Origin: Candidatus Dormiibacterota bacterium
Lineage (GTDB): Bacteria > Chloroflexota > Dormibacteria > CF-121
Length of the DNA: 64,000 bases
Assembly: GCA_036390825.1 (NCBI GenBank)
Contig: DASWBA010000067.1
Span: forward strand, 582 to 64,581
Direction of reading: 5' to 3'
Below are positions 1-7,569 of this stretch, one piece after another. Made by a program: the position numbers and the translations under genes. Within the stretch, counting starts at the first letter, position 1; every line of letters starts with the position of its first letter. The notes under the pieces are model-generated. The model saw nothing but the letters and a program-made list of their open reading frames with translations. It was not told where the DNA came from and did no database searches.

Positions 1-244
1 CGGCGTCTACAACCTAACGCACCCGGAGATTGCCGAAGAGGCGCTGGCCTGGAAGGTGCGCAACATCGTGGAATCCGGTGCCCAGCTGATCGCCTCCGCC
101 AACCCCGGATGCATCTTGCAGATCTCGATGGGCCTGCAGCGCGCCGGCCACGACCTTCCGCTGATACACGTAATGGACCTGCTTGGCTGGGCGTATGGGG
201 ACGATGACCAGCGTCCAGAAGTCGTCCGCCGGGCGATGGCGTGA
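1..244 (+). CDS. (Fe-S)-binding CCG-domain protein, GlcF/heterodisulfide-reductase-like; C-terminal fragment with the 5' end outside the window
   Basis: The frame is open from the window edge. Sequence ...ESGAQLIASANPGCILQISMGLQRAG... is typical of the second CCG domain of GlcF-like proteins. Stop TGA at 242-244. Confidence 0.55.
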   Translation, partial: GVYNLTHPEIAEEALAWKVRNIVESGAQLIASANPGCILQISMGLQRAGHDLPLIHVMDLLGWAYGDDDQRPEVVRRAMA

Positions 245-1293
245 CGGAGGCGGCGGTCGACCGGCGACCCACCTTCGACGACCCCTGGCTCGATGAACTT
301 TCCGCCGGCATCTGGTCGAAACCCGAGTTCTCGATGGTGCCCATCGATGTCGAGGCGGTGCCCACCGAACCGTACGCGGGTCCGCGACTCGACGAGCGGG
401 GGCTCCGGGTGGTGTTCTGCGGCATCCCGTCGGATTACGGCACGGCGTTCCTGCTGTACTTGATCGAACGGCGGGTCAACCTGGTGGCCGCCGTCTGCAG
501 TACGCGCTGGCAACGCACCCATCCAAAGCCCGACCTCGTGGCCCGCATCGCCGGGCATCTCGGTCGCCCGGTCGAGGTGACCGCCAACGCCAACGCGGAG
601 CCCTTCGTTCGCTCGCTCCGCGCCTACGGGCCGGATGTCGTCGTGATGGCGAGCTTCGATCAAATTCTGGCGGCGGAAACACTGGCCGTGCCCACCCGGG
701 GATGGCTCAACCTCCATCCTTCTCTGTTGCCACGGCATCGCGGACCGGAGCCGATCTACTGGACGATCGTCAACGGCGATCCCGAAGCGGGCATCACGAT
801 CCACCAGACGGTGCCGCGGATCGACGCCGGGCCGATCCTGGCGCAGCGTCGGGTAGCCGTGTCCCGTGACGATAATGCCGGCACCCTGAGCAAGCGGTTG
901 GTGGCGACTGGCCTTCCCGCGCTGGGCGAAACGCTGGCCCGGTTGGAGGCCGGCAACGTCCAGGTCATCCAGCCGGACCTCGAGCAGGGAAGCTACGAAC
1001 CGCCGGTTCGGCAGACCGAGCTCGATTGGGATCAACCGCTCGAGCACATCGATCGGCTGGTGCGAGCCGGGCATCCCGACCAGCCGCCCTACTTCACCTT
1101 TCGGGGCCGGCGGCGCTACGTCTACGCGATCCGGCGTGTCGGGCCTCGCGCCGGAGAACGCCCCGGGGTGATCGGACCTGGGCGGGATGGGGAGATGCCG
1201 GCCGCCGTGCGGGATGCCGTGGTGGGGGTGCGCTGGCGGCCAGTGGGTCACACGCACGCGGTCCGCCCGCTGGCCAAGCAGCAGTTTCCGTAG
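241..1293 (+). CDS. Formyltransferase family protein (Fmt-like N- and C-terminal domains)
   Basis: Contains NLHPSLLPRHRGPEPIYWTIVNG and ITIHQTVPRIDAGPILAQ, the formyl-transferase core motifs. The GTG start overlaps the upstream stop (GTGA). An alternative ATG lies at 334. Confidence 0.75.
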   Translation: MTEAAVDRRPTFDDPWLDELSAGIWSKPEFSMVPIDVEAVPTEPYAGPRLDERGLRVVFCGIPSDYGTAFLLYLIERRVNLVAAVCSTRWQRTHPKPDLVARIAGHLGRPVEVTANANAEPFVRSLRAYGPDVVVMASFDQILAAETLAVPTRGWLNLHPSLLPRHRGPEPIYWTIVNGDPEAGITIHQTVPRIDAGPILAQRRVAVSRDDNAGTLSKRLVATGLPALGETLARLEAGNVQVIQPDLEQGSYEPPVRQTELDWDQPLEHIDRLVRAGHPDQPPYFTFRGRRRYVYAIRRVGPRAGERPGVIGPGRDGEMPAAVRDAVVGVRWRPVGHTHAVRPLAKQQFP

Positions 1294-1340
1294 CGGGCCT
1301 GTTACAACTCGAAGCTGGCTCCCTCCTCGAGATCAGGCCG

Positions 1341-1346
1341 TATAAT
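1341..1346 (+). promoter_or_regulatory. Perfect -10 box TATAAT, 9 nt upstream of the iscA-like ATG (near-leaderless)
   Basis: tataat at 1341-1346. There is no Shine-Dalgarno between it and ATG 1356. Confidence 0.35.
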
Positions 1347-1355
1347 GACTCTCAC

Positions 1356-1772
1356 ATGGCTCAAGAAATGATCGATCACGAATACAACACGCAGATCGCG
1401 GACGATACCCAGCTGATCAGCATCACCGACTCGGCGCTCGGCCAGTTGCGTGACCTCCTCCAGAAGCAGGGACGCCCCGAGATGGGTCTCCGTGTCTTCG
1501 TCCAGCCTGGCGGCTGCTCCGGCATGTCGTACGGCATGGGCTTCGAGGACCGGCCGGAAGAGGGCGACGCCGTCAGCGAAGTCGGGGGCGTTCGGTTGTT
1601 CGTCGATTCGGTGAGTGCGCGCTACATCAAGGGCGCCGAAATCGATTTCGTCGACAGCTTGATGGGGGGCGGCTTCACGGTGCACAACCCCAATGCGGTC
1701 TCGAGCTGCTCATGCGGTAGCTCGTTCGACACCGGCGGCGACGCGGGCACGGCCCACGGCTGCAGTCACTAG
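1356..1772 (+). CDS. Iron-sulfur cluster insertion/assembly accessory protein (IscA/HesB/ErpA family)
   Basis: GLRVFVQPGGCSGMSYGMGF ... FTVHNPNAVSSCSCGSSF carries the HesB Cys signature. The track ORF 1026-1772 has a spurious Arg/Ala-rich N-extension; ATG 1356 is in frame. Confidence 0.85.
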   Translation: MAQEMIDHEYNTQIADDTQLISITDSALGQLRDLLQKQGRPEMGLRVFVQPGGCSGMSYGMGFEDRPEEGDAVSEVGGVRLFVDSVSARYIKGAEIDFVDSLMGGGFTVHNPNAVSSCSCGSSFDTGGDAGTAHGCSH

Positions 1773-1873
1773 CACGTAGCGTCCAATAACGTCGCTAAGT
1801 CCGTCGTTTTTCGCGTGTGCCCGCGTAGAGAAACGTGAGTCGGCTGCGGGTGGATTTGTCCCAGACGAGAGGC

Positions 1874-1902
1874 TTGACCGCGTCATCGGGCGGGATTACG
1901 CT
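1874..1902 (+). promoter_or_regulatory. Candidate sigma70-type promoter: TTGACC, 17-nt spacer, TACGCT
   Basis: -35 at 1874-1879 and -10 at 1897-1902. SD-like GAGGGAG lies just before ATG 1923. Confidence 0.3.
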
Positions 1903-1922
1903 CAGGTCCCCTGAGGGAGACT

Positions 1923-2363
1923 ATGGCAGCCCAACCCCGCGTCCTGATGGTCGAAGATCATCCGGATATTGCGGATCTCTTTCAGCTCAAGCTACAGCTT
2001 GAGGGTTACCGTGTTGCAGTGGCGGCCGACGGCGTTTCCGGGTTGCAGATGGCGCGCACGCTGAAGCCGGACGTCACCCTGCTCGACGTCCACCTGCCGT
2101 ACCTGGACGGTCTGCAACTACTGGCCACCCTCCGCGAGGACGAAGCGACGCGGGACCTGCTGGTGGTGGTGTTTAGCGAGGACGACAGTCCGAAGCTGAT
2201 CGAAGAGGCCCGTCGCCTCAGCGCCGCCGCCTACCTGGTCAAGGCCCACCTCTTACCTCGGGGCCTCAGCGACACCGTCGGCGACGTGCTGCGCAAGCGC
2301 GCGCACGGCAAAGGCAACGGCAACGGCAACGGCAACGGGCACAGCGCCCAGCAAGCATCCTAG
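1923..2363 (+). CDS. Single-domain response regulator (CheY-like receiver) with a C-terminal (Gly-Asn)n tail
   Basis: VLMVEDHPDIADL...PDVTLLDVHLPYLDGLQLL...AYLVKA. The tail reads GKGNGNGNGNGH. Confidence 0.85.
   Translation: MAAQPRVLMVEDHPDIADLFQLKLQLEGYRVAVAADGVSGLQMARTLKPDVTLLDVHLPYLDGLQLLATLREDEATRDLLVVVFSEDDSPKLIEEARRLSAAAYLVKAHLLPRGLSDTVGDVLRKRAHGKGNGNGNGNGHSAQQAS
2313..2336 (+). repeat. Hexanucleotide tandem repeat (GGCAAC)x4 inside the receiver gene
   Basis: ggcaacggcaacggcaacggcaac, flanked by imperfect units ggcaaa and gggcac. Confidence 0.9.
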
Positions 2364-2426
2364 GGACACCCAAACTCTTAGCGCGGTCTTAGCTTCCCGT
2401 CATCTATCCATAAGGATGCCGCGCGC

Positions 2427-3308
2427 ATGATGAGGGACATGGTCACAGGCCCGCTGCCCTACGAGCCGCTGGAACCCCCGGCGCCGGCAGCCGATCCGGC
2501 GCCGTCGCCTCCCGGCGACCCTCGCCAGCCGGGGCCCCGAACGGCGGTCCTCGCGGGTGCGCTCTTCGTGATCGGAGGCATCGCCGGCGGAGCGCTCGGC
2601 GCCCAGGCGATCCTGAGCCGAACCCCGGCCCCGACGCCCGCCGCCGTCGCCAGGTCGACCTCTACCTCCAGCGTCACCCAGCCACAGACGCCCACCTCCG
2701 CTTCGGCGATCTACCAGCAGGCGGCACCGGGCGTGGTCACGATCACGACGGAGGTCGCCGCCCGCTTCGGCCGCGGCGGGGAAGGCACCGGCTCGGGGAT
2801 CGTGCTCGACACCAGCGGCAACATCCTGACCAACGCACACGTCGTCGCCGGAGCCAACCAGATCCAGGTCACCTTCAACGACGGCCGGACGCTGGCGGCG
2901 ACGCTGGTCAGCTCGAATACCGGCGCCGACCTTGCTGTCATTCGGGTGTCCGCAGCCGCGTCGACGCTGCACCCGTTGACCCTCGGTAACTCCGACAACG
3001 TGCAGGTCGGCGACCAGGTCTACGCGATCGGCTCGCCCTTTGGACTCCAGGAATCGATGACCGCCGGCATCGTCTCCGGACTCAACCGGCACAACTCGGC
3101 ATCCGGACTCTCAGGCCTGATCCAGACTGACGCGCCGATCAACCCGGGCAACTCGGGCGGTGCGCTGCTCAACACCCAGGGCCAGGTCATCGGCATCAAC
3201 GACTCGATCGAAAGCCCGATCCCAGGCAACGTGGGCGTCGGGTTCGCCATCCCGGTCAACGTGGTCAAGCAGATGCTCGGCTCACTCGAGGGCGGCGCCA
3301 ACCAGTAG
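2427..3308 (+). CDS. Membrane-anchored trypsin-like serine protease (S1C/HtrA-like, no PDZ domain)
   Basis: Catalytic triad context TNAHVV, DLAVIRV and GNSGGALLN. N-terminal Pro-rich segment followed by a TM helix. Confidence 0.85.
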   Translation: MMRDMVTGPLPYEPLEPPAPAADPAPSPPGDPRQPGPRTAVLAGALFVIGGIAGGALGAQAILSRTPAPTPAAVARSTSTSSVTQPQTPTSASAIYQQAAPGVVTITTEVAARFGRGGEGTGSGIVLDTSGNILTNAHVVAGANQIQVTFNDGRTLAATLVSSNTGADLAVIRVSAAASTLHPLTLGNSDNVQVGDQVYAIGSPFGLQESMTAGIVSGLNRHNSASGLSGLIQTDAPINPGNSGGALLNTQGQVIGINDSIESPIPGNVGVGFAIPVNVVKQMLGSLEGGANQ

Positions 3309-3335
3309 GGCGCCCGCTCCGAGGACCCAGCGGGA

Positions 3336-4805
3336 TCAGCCGGCGAGAAACGTGGACAATTCCGGGCTGAGCACGGCGCCGCCGACGCCGCGATGCAGGA
3401 CCACCGTCGTTCCTCGCGAACAGGCGACGCCGTAGCCGTTGGCCAGGGCTTGCGAGATGATGGTCCGGATCTGCGCCTGCTCACCGGGAAAGAACTGGCC
3501 GAGGTAAGTGTCCAGATCGATGGCGACGTAGTCGGCGTCAGCCTTCAGGGTCAAGAGATAAATCTCGCGCCGGTGACTCAAATGCGGCAGCAACTTGTTC
3601 GATGCGGAGACACTCGCGTCGGGCGGGATCACATCCAGGCAGGACTGGATCGCAGAGGCCTGGGTGCCGGACACGTAGGTTCCCAGTTCGTCCAGGGGGC
3701 GGACCACGCCGAAGGTCAGCCAGAGTCCAGCCGCGAGGACGATGGCAGACGCGACGCTGGCAGCGACCCGATGCAGGTTCGCTGGAAGCACGCGCTGAAT
3801 GCGCGTCAGCCCATCGATGCTGGCAAAGGCCAGGATCGGTGCGATGACCAGGGAGTAATGGAAGCTGGCGCTCCAGAGCGCGGGGTTCGACGACCAGAGA
3901 CGCTCCAACACGGTGGGGATCGCCACGAGGGCGATGGGCGAGAGCAAGGGCAGCAACAGCCATGCTCCGAGCAGGCCACCCCAGAGTTTGCGCTTGACGG
4001 GATTGTCGATGAGGAGCTGCAACGAGGAGATTGGATGACGGACGATATGCAGCAACGCGCTTCCGGGGCCGCTGCCGAGCGCGTCGTAGGTCCAGTGGCC
4101 ATACGCCGTGCCAGCGATCGCCGGCATCACGACCTCGATCAACGCGGCGAACCAGGCGGCGCAGAGCGCGATAACAGCGACGCCGAGCCGCCAGCGGTGC
4201 TGCACCAGGGCGATGTACACGCCGATGGCGGCGAAGGTGAGCGCAATGTTTTCTCTGGTCAGCAGTCCGACGACCAGCATCGCCCAGAACAACCGGTTGC
4301 GAGTCGTCAGGACCGCGTAGAGCCCGAATGAAATTGCAGGAACGGCAAACGCGATGTGGTGGAAATCGTAGATGACCCCGGACAGGATGCCCCAGAAGGT
4401 CAGAAAGGCGGCCTCGAAGGCGATCGCCGGGATGAGCCCGAGCCGCTGCCGGGCCCACCAGAAGATCGGGATTCCGGCGGCGGCCAGCAGCACCGCCTGG
4501 ACCACGAGCAGAACGCGAACGTCATCCCAGATCCAGTAGAGCGGCGCGATCGCCATCAGGATGGGATGAAAGTGGTCACCGAGCAGGTTGCGGATCATCT
4601 CCACCGTGTTGGGGATCATTTGCAGCCGGCTGTATCCCCAAATGGTCTGGTCCTGGACGCCGAGATCGAAGGCGTTACTGGCGAAACGGTCGTGCCGGTA
4701 GATGCTGACGGCGGCATAGGCGACGGCGGCAAGCAGCGCCAGCGCCACTGGCACCAGCGCGATCAGCCGCGGCCGTGAGCCCGCGACGGTGCGCTTGTGT
4801 CTCAT
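3336..4805 (-). CDS. DUF2079-family polytopic membrane protein (putative GT-C-like glycosyltransferase)
   Basis: YRHDRFASNAFDLGVQDQTIWGYS...GDHFHPILMAIAPLYW is a DUF2079 signature, with many TM helices. Start chosen at ATG 4805 (MRHKRTV...). In-frame alternatives are 4832 (ATG) and 4847 (GTG). Confidence 0.75.
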   Translation of the reverse strand: MRHKRTVAGSRPRLIALVPVALALLAAVAYAAVSIYRHDRFASNAFDLGVQDQTIWGYSRLQMIPNTVEMIRNLLGDHFHPILMAIAPLYWIWDDVRVLLVVQAVLLAAAGIPIFWWARQRLGLIPAIAFEAAFLTFWGILSGVIYDFHHIAFAVPAISFGLYAVLTTRNRLFWAMLVVGLLTRENIALTFAAIGVYIALVQHRWRLGVAVIALCAAWFAALIEVVMPAIAGTAYGHWTYDALGSGPGSALLHIVRHPISSLQLLIDNPVKRKLWGGLLGAWLLLPLLSPIALVAIPTVLERLWSSNPALWSASFHYSLVIAPILAFASIDGLTRIQRVLPANLHRVAASVASAIVLAAGLWLTFGVVRPLDELGTYVSGTQASAIQSCLDVIPPDASVSASNKLLPHLSHRREIYLLTLKADADYVAIDLDTYLGQFFPGEQAQIRTIISQALANGYGVACSRGTTVVLHRGVGGAVLSPELSTFLAG

Positions 4806-4866
4806 CGTCTTCTCATGCGGCGCTGCTTTCATTACCAGCCGTGCCACTTAGTCGTAGCCTGTTCCC

Positions 4867-5610
4867 ATGCTCGATCGCCCGCTAAGCCTCGTCATCCCGG
4901 CGCACAACGAGGCACCCAATATGACGAAGGTCATCGGCAACAGCATCGCGGTCCTCGATCGACTGGCGCCGGACTGGGAGATCGTGCTCGTCGACGACGG
5001 CAGCACCGACGACACCGTGGCGGTGGTCCGCGCCGTTATGGGTCCAGCCGCCGCGCGCTTGCGGGTCATCACGCATAGCGCCAAGCGCGGATACGGCATC
5101 ACGGTCGGCGATGGACTGCGGGCCGCGCGGATGGATTATGTCGCGTTCATGGACGGTGACGGACAGTTCGACCCGGCGGATCTCAATACGCTGGCCACGC
5201 TGATCCCCACCGCCGACCTGGCGGCGGGCTGGCGGCGTCGACGAGCAGATCCGGGCTACCGGCTGCTCATTGCCGGCGTCTTCAACATCCTGGTGCGCAC
5301 CCTCTACGGCGTTCGCGTCCGGGACATCGACTGCGGTCTCAAGTTGATGCGACGCGAGGTGCTGGACGCGGCATCGCCGCTGCTGGCTCGCTCGGCGTTG
5401 CTGAACACCGAGCTCTACTTCAAGTGCCAGCGCAGTGGGCTTCGCGTTCGGCAGGTCGCGGTGAATCATTACCCGCGGGTCGCCGGGGTACGGTCGGGCG
5501 CCCGCCTCATCCCGATCCTGCGGGCGATCCGCGACCTGGTCTGGCTTCGGCTCCGCCTGGCAAGGCACTGGCGCGCGCGGTCGCTCGCGCCCGTTCGCGA
5601 AAGCTCGTAA
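4867..5610 (+). CDS. Family 2 glycosyltransferase, polyprenyl-phosphate sugar synthase-like (DPM1/GtrB/ArnC-like)
   Basis: LSLVIPAHNEAPN...EIVLVDDGSTDDT...FMDGDGQFDP...DIDCGLKLMRREV. Confidence 0.85.
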   Translation: MLDRPLSLVIPAHNEAPNMTKVIGNSIAVLDRLAPDWEIVLVDDGSTDDTVAVVRAVMGPAAARLRVITHSAKRGYGITVGDGLRAARMDYVAFMDGDGQFDPADLNTLATLIPTADLAAGWRRRRADPGYRLLIAGVFNILVRTLYGVRVRDIDCGLKLMRREVLDAASPLLARSALLNTELYFKCQRSGLRVRQVAVNHYPRVAGVRSGARLIPILRAIRDLVWLRLRLARHWRARSLAPVRESS

Positions 5611-6517
5611 AGGTTTGACGCAAGCCATCGCGCAGCTGGGTGGGGGCCCGCCACTCCAGGAGCTTCTGCGCGCGCCGTGTGTCCAGTGCGGTGTCGCGCA
5701 CCTCGCCCGGGCGCCCCTCGACCAGATCGATCGGACCCTGGTAGGCTGCGGCAGCGACCAGCTCGTCGACGACGGTCCGGACGCTGCTGGCAACGCCGGT
5801 GCCGATATTAATCGCGCCGGTGACGCGCGAAGCCAGCGCCCGCAGGTTGGCGTCGGCGACGTCCGCGACGAAGACGAAGTCTCGCGTCTGCTGCCCGTCG
5901 CCACGGATCTCCGGAGCGCGGCCGGACAAGAGGCGCTCGCAGGTGATGGCGACGACGCCCGCCTCACCAGTCCCGTCCTGGAACGGCCCGTAGACATTCG
6001 AGTAGCGGAGTGCCAGGGTGCGGAGTCCGAAGGTCCGACCGAACATTCCGAGGTAGCCCTCAGCCGCCAGCTTCGCCGCCCCGTAGGGCGACAGCGGTTT
6101 GGGCATCGTGCGCTCTGGGGTTGGCAGTCGTGGAGCACGTCCGTAGATCGCCCCGCCAGACGAGGCGAAGATGAAGCGACGGCAGCCGGTATCGGCGCTT
6201 GCCTTGAGCATCGAGACCGTCCCCAACACGTTGATCACCGCGTCGCCAGCCGGATCGCGAACCGATCGGGAGACACCACCCTGGGCGGCCAGGTGAAGGA
6301 TCGCATCCGGCCGGAATCGGGCGATCGCCTGTGCCGCGGGCGGGCTGTTGAGGTCGGCCACCACCAGCTCGACATTGGGAGGCAGCGGCTCGCCGCACGC
6401 ATGGCGCAGGTCGTCGAGTACGAGCACGGTGAAGCCCTCGCCGACCAGCTGGCGCACGGTGTGCAGGCCGATGAAGCCGGCGCCACCGGTCACCAGGATG
6501 CGATTCCTGGTGCTCAT
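5507..6517 (-). CDS. NAD-dependent epimerase/dehydratase (UDP-glucose 4-epimerase-like)
   Basis: ILVTGGAGFIGLH Rossmann motif and YGAAKLAAE (YxxxK). The low-complexity C-terminal tail overlaps the convergent GT2 gene. Confidence 0.85.
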   Translation of the reverse strand: MSTRNRILVTGGAGFIGLHTVRQLVGEGFTVLVLDDLRHACGEPLPPNVELVVADLNSPPAAQAIARFRPDAILHLAAQGGVSRSVRDPAGDAVINVLGTVSMLKASADTGCRRFIFASSGGAIYGRAPRLPTPERTMPKPLSPYGAAKLAAEGYLGMFGRTFGLRTLALRYSNVYGPFQDGTGEAGVVAITCERLLSGRAPEIRGDGQQTRDFVFVADVADANLRALASRVTGAINIGTGVASSVRTVVDELVAAAAYQGPIDLVEGRPGEVRDTALDTRRAQKLLEWRAPTQLRDGLRQTFTSFRERARATARASALPGGAEARPGRGSPAGSG

Positions 6518-6520
6518 GGC

Positions 6521-6551
6521 CCCCACCCTGCCCTCCCCCGGAGGGGGAGGG
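6521..6551 (+). repeat. REP-like palindromic element, copy A1
   Basis: ccccaccctgccctccccc-gga-gggggaggg. It sits in the divergent intergenic region between the epimerase and the flippase-like gene. Confidence 0.85.
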
Positions 6552-6561
6552 AACTGTCAGG

Positions 6562-6580
6562 CCTCGCCCGGAGGGGGAGG
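6562..6580 (+). repeat. REP-like hairpin, degenerate half copy A2
   Basis: cctcgccc-gga-gggggagg, 10 nt after A1. Confidence 0.6.
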
Positions 6581-6585
6581 AAATC

Positions 6586-7569
6586 GTGAGGCAGCGATGG
6601 CTGCGGGTGGCGGTGGCCGCGGTCGTGACGTTGGCGCTTCTCTTCCTGGTGCTGCGTGCCGTTCGGCCGGCGGAGCTGGTGGAAACGCTGTCCGAAGTCT
6701 CGCCGGGACTTGCGTTGCTGGGCGCGCTGTCGGCCTTCGCCTTCATCTCGGTGCGCGCCTGGCGATACCGGTTGCTCCTGGGCAATGGCCAGCCGCGGCG
6801 GCTCCGAACTATCCTCGGCGTGACGCTCAGTAGCTGGGGCGCCAGCCTCCTCCTCCCCGGACCCAGCGGCGATGCGGCCTTTGTGGTCCTGGCGCGGACG
6901 CGCCTCGGCGCCCCGGTCGCGGTCGGCGTCGGGGCTGCCCTGTTGAGCCGCCTGCTCGACGTCGCCAGCCTGTTGCTGATTGCACTGGTTATGGCGCCGC
7001 TGGCCGGCGTCGCCCTGCCCGGCCCGCTGTTGGGTGGCGGGGTCGGGCTGGCGGTGTTGATCGCCGCCGGGTTGACCGCCTTGTTCTGGCGCCGCTCGCG
7101 TCGCACGCTCGTCGGTTGGCTCGAGCGCCTCTCGCTGCCGCCCCGGATTCACGAGCGGTTGCATGTCGCCATCGAGGAGCTTGGCTCCGGAAGCCGTCCC
7201 CTGCTCCTGGTGGCGGCCACGCTGGCGGCGCGGGTCGCGACCGGGTTCCAGTACTTCTTCCTCTTCGCCGCCCTCGACCATCACCTCTCCCTGGTCCAGG
7301 TCTGGTTTGCGCTCAGCATCCGGACCCTGTTGCTGGCGGTACCGATCCAGGGCCTGGTCGGCCTGGGAACGATGCAACTCTGGTGGACGGCGGCGCTGAC
7401 GCTGTTGGGCTGGCCGGCCGATGAGGCACTCGCCGCCAGCGTGACGGTCCATCTTCTCGATCTCGGGATCTCGCTGCCGCAGGCCGCCGGAGGTTGGGTC
7501 TACCTGATCTGGCCGCGGTCCACGGCGACGGCCCCGGTACCCGCGGCCGTCGAATCTCAGCGGCGCTGA
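6586..7569 (+). CDS. Flippase-like / lysylphosphatidylglycerol-synthase TM-region family membrane protein (UPF0104)
   Basis: About eight TM helices. The N-terminus RVAVAAVVTLALLFLVLRAV...ISVRAWRYRLLL is typical of the family. Confidence 0.7.
   Translation: MRQRWLRVAVAAVVTLALLFLVLRAVRPAELVETLSEVSPGLALLGALSAFAFISVRAWRYRLLLGNGQPRRLRTILGVTLSSWGASLLLPGPSGDAAFVVLARTRLGAPVAVGVGAALLSRLLDVASLLLIALVMAPLAGVALPGPLLGGGVGLAVLIAAGLTALFWRRSRRTLVGWLERLSLPPRIHERLHVAIEELGSGSRPLLLVAATLAARVATGFQYFFLFAALDHHLSLVQVWFALSIRTLLLAVPIQGLVGLGTMQLWWTAALTLLGWPADEALAASVTVHLLDLGISLPQAAGGWVYLIWPRSTATAPVPAAVESQRR

Noticed and set aside
7-1257. Long antisense ORFs throughout the track: for example 7-1257(-), 4882-6138(-), 6060-7106(-), 6514-7671(-), 9394-10317(+), 25803-27311(-), 29835-31262(-), 31503-33125(-), 39449-40462(-) and 59800-61818(+).
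   Set aside because: They lie opposite genes with clear family signatures. They are Arg/Pro/Gly/Ala-rich with no recognisable motifs. Stop-poor shadow frames like these are expected in high-GC DNA.
1026-1355. N-terminal extensions of track ORFs: IscA-like 1026-1355, ACAD 22728-22973, aldose epimerase 41711-42091, thioesterase 22261-22497, and the LLM fusion 12042-12755.
   Set aside because: The extensions overlap neighbouring genes, often antisense, and are compositionally aberrant. In-frame internal starts coincide with the beginning of the conserved domains.
2307-2339. The possibility that short tandem or dispersed repeats represent a CRISPR array.
   Set aside because: The GGCAAC units are contiguous with no spacers. 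The REP copies are kilobases apart with no regular spacing, and no cas genes are present.
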